Source: Escherichia coli
GTDB taxonomy: Bacteria > Pseudomonadota > Gammaproteobacteria > Enterobacterales > Enterobacteriaceae
Length of the DNA: 64,000 nt
NCBI RefSeq assembly: GCF_003018235.1
Contig: NZ_CP027437.1
Direction: 5' to 3' (one strand)
Shown: piece after piece, positions 62,071-64,000 of the stretch
Numbering within the stretch: position 1 is the first letter of the stretch
Layout: each line of letters starts with the position of its first letter
Program-made: the position numbers and the translations under genes
Notes under the pieces: generated by a model
Told to the model about the DNA's origin: nothing
Databases searched by the model: none
The model's input: only the letters and a program-made list of their open reading frames with translations

Positions 62071-62850
62071 TCATTTCTTCTTCAATTGCGTCACCACCAA
62101 CTGGTGGCGCGAATTATAAAACTTACGATAGGTTAAATAGCAGGCAATAATGGTCGACAAGCTGGCGGTTGAGAGCAGCATAAAGGTCACCATAATCTGA
62201 TATTTAATCGCCTTCACCGGATCAATCCCGGCAAATATCAGCCCGGACATCATTCCTGGTAAACTCACTAAGCCAACCGTTTTTGCTGAATCGACCGTCG
62301 GAATTAAAGCCGCGCGAATACTGTCGCGAATCAATATCGCTGAAGCCTGTTTCGGCGTCGCGCCAAGACTCAGTTTCTCCTGAATCTGTTGCTGTTCGCT
62401 AATCACCCGTTGCCCTAAATTGTTGTAACACAACCCCACCGCTACCATGGCGTTACCGGCTATCATCCCGGCGATAGGGATCACCTGCATCGGGATAAAT
62501 TCAATCGACCCTGAGAGAATCAGCACCGCCAGGGTAATTCCCGCCCCGACCGTAATGGCAATAAACGATGAGATAAAAGCTTTAGCAATATATTTACTGC
62601 GTTTTTGCGCGTTCCACGCCGCATTAAAGCAGATAAATAACACCATCAATAATGTCAGGCTGGCATCATCCACGCTGAAAATATACTTCAGCACATAGCC
62701 GACAATAATCAGCTGAATTATCGCGCGCCCGACGCTCCAGAGAATATCTTTCTCCAGCGCCAGTTTTTCTTTATGGCTAATTAAGATTGCCACCACCACC
62801 AGCATTAATGCCAGTGCCAATGATTCGTTAGTAATATTATGCGAGTTCAT
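62071..62850 (-). CDS. fetB: Iron-export ABC permease FetB
   Basis: The 259-aa form MNSHNITNESLALALMLVVVAILISHKEKLALEKDILWSV. Confidence 0.9.
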   Translation of the reverse strand: MNSHNITNESLALALMLVVVAILISHKEKLALEKDILWSVGRAIIQLIIVGYVLKYIFSVDDASLTLLMVLFICFNAAWNAQKRSKYIAKAFISSFIAITVGAGITLAVLILSGSIEFIPMQVIPIAGMIAGNAMVAVGLCYNNLGQRVISEQQQIQEKLSLGATPKQASAILIRDSIRAALIPTVDSAKTVGLVSLPGMMSGLIFAGIDPVKAIKYQIMVTFMLLSTASLSTIIACYLTYRKFYNSRHQLVVTQLKKK

Positions 62851-63514
62851 AGCGTGCTTCCTGCATTTCTCCGGCATGCGGTTGCAGTGTAATCACTTTA
62901 TCCGCATGATTAATTTCGTCTTTATCGTGTGTCACCCACAGCACGGCAATATTTTGCTCGCGCACATAGCGATGGATCATCTCATTAACGTTATGTTTAT
63001 TACTTTCATCCAGCGCACTGGTGATTTCATCCAGCAATAAAACCTTCGGCATAAATTGCAGGTTACGAATCAATGAGATGCGTTGTTTTTCACCACCAGA
63101 TAGCTCGGCGATATTCTTCGTCAAAATGGTGTCCGGTAAGGCGAAGCGTTCGAGAAAATCGAGAAAAATGGCTGGGTCAGGCTGCTGGTTACGGATCTGC
63201 CAGGGAAAAATCAGGTTATCGTATACCGTATCGCCAAACAGCGTCGGCGTCTGGGCGCAGTAAGAAACTTGCTGGCGGTAGATTTCTGGCTTTAGTGTGC
63301 TGACATCCTCACCTTCAAACAGTAACGTTCCGCTGGTTGGGCTGATCAATGAAGCAACTATTTTTAGCAGCGTACTTTTGCCACAACCAGAAGGACCAGT
63401 AATTAACTTAAATTCGCCAGCACGCAGCGAAAAATTGATGTTATTAAGAATCTTCGCATCACCCACCAGATATCCTACGTTTTGTAGCTGAACCAAAGGA
63501 CTATTTTCCTGCAT
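62837..63514 (-). CDS. fetA: Iron-export ABC ATPase FetA
   Basis: 225 aa with Walker A (GPSGCGKST), the signature LSGGEKQR, and Walker B (LLLDEITS). Confidence 0.9.
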   Translation of the reverse strand: MQENSPLVQLQNVGYLVGDAKILNNINFSLRAGEFKLITGPSGCGKSTLLKIVASLISPTSGTLLFEGEDVSTLKPEIYRQQVSYCAQTPTLFGDTVYDNLIFPWQIRNQQPDPAIFLDFLERFALPDTILTKNIAELSGGEKQRISLIRNLQFMPKVLLLDEITSALDESNKHNVNEMIHRYVREQNIAVLWVTHDKDEINHADKVITLQPHAGEMQEARYELA

Positions 63515-63659
63515 CGCTGTTCCCTTTTTCTGATTTTTACTAAAAACAGTTTATCCTTCGCAGGAATAAGGGGGAACTCTCTTTCAGTAATCAGGTATAA
63601 TTTGTTTAATCAAGCAGCAATTTTGCTGATTATGGACGGTACAACAGGAGGTTTTTCCG

Positions 63660-64000
63660 ATGCTTATCTTTATCCCGATTCTCATTTTTGTCGCGCTGGT
63701 CATTGTTGGCGCGGGCGTCAAAATCGTGCCGCAGGGCTACCAGTGGACAGTAGAACGTTTTGGTCGCTATACCAAAACGTTACAGCCAGGTCTAAGCCTG
63801 GTGGTGCCGTTTATGGATCGCATTGGTCGCAAGATCAATATGATGGAGCAAGTGCTCGACATCCCTTCCCAGGAAGTTATCTCGAAAGATAACGCCAACG
63901 TTACTATCGACGCCGTGTGCTTTATTCAGGTGATTGACGCGCCGCGCGCGGCTTATGAAGTCAGCAATCTGGAGCTGGCGATCATCAACCTGACCATGAC
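63660..64000 (+). CDS. qmcA: SPFH/prohibitin-family protein QmcA (5' partial; runs off the window)
   Basis: ATG at 63660 behind GGAGG. Translation [56 protein letters not shown]... with no stop before the window end. Confidence 0.85.
   Translation, partial: MLIFIPILIFVALVIVGAGVKIVPQGYQWTVERFGRYTKTLQPGLSLVVPFMDRIGRKINMMEQVLDIPSQEVISKDNANVTIDAVCFIQVIDAPRAAYEVSNLELAIINLTM

Overview
The window is an E. coli chromosome segment in reverse orientation relative to K-12. Gene calls rest on my recall of K-12 and lambda protein sequences; no alignments or searches were run.

Positions 1..~20090 hold the int-proximal ~20 kb of a lambdoid prophage inserted at tRNA-Arg argU, the DLP12 position. It is far more complete than K-12 DLP12. 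On the minus strand it carries a P27-type small terminase, an HNH nuclease, the spanins Rz/Rz1, lambda R-like endolysin, a holin, Q, ylcG, rusA, ybcO, ninE, ybcN, ylcH, an AT-rich accessory block with the ybcK serine recombinase, emrE, ren, P, O (with ori iterons), and YdaT-type and YdaS/Cro-type regulators. On the plus strand it carries cI, a two-gene accessory operon, gam-bet-exo, orf60a/63/61, a TraR-like gene, xis and int.

Positions ~20.1-64 kb are conserved core genome: argU, fimZ, sfmFHDCA, folD, ybcJ, ybcI, cysS, ppiB, lpxH, purEK, ybcF (amber-interrupted), ylbF, ylbE, fdrA, the allantoin regulon (allDCE, glxK, ybbY, allB, ybbW, glxR, hyi, gcl, allR, allA, allS), selU, ybbP, ybbA, tesA, ybbO, cnoX, fetBA and the start of qmcA.

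Main leads:
1. An IS621 (IS110-family) copy at 55280..56561, inserted in a REP element. Its non-coding left end encodes a structured RNA whose two internal loops match both the flanking target and the element's own ends (a bridge-RNA-guided recombinase).
2. A DinQ-like 27-aa type I toxin with a candidate antisense sRNA next to IS621, where K-12 has the rhsD region.
3. A low-GC GNAT/PUA-like plus ASCH gene pair in the rexAB position downstream of cI.
4. An AT-rich HNH-containing variable block in the nin region.
5. A T7-group promoter-like sequence inside the prophage.
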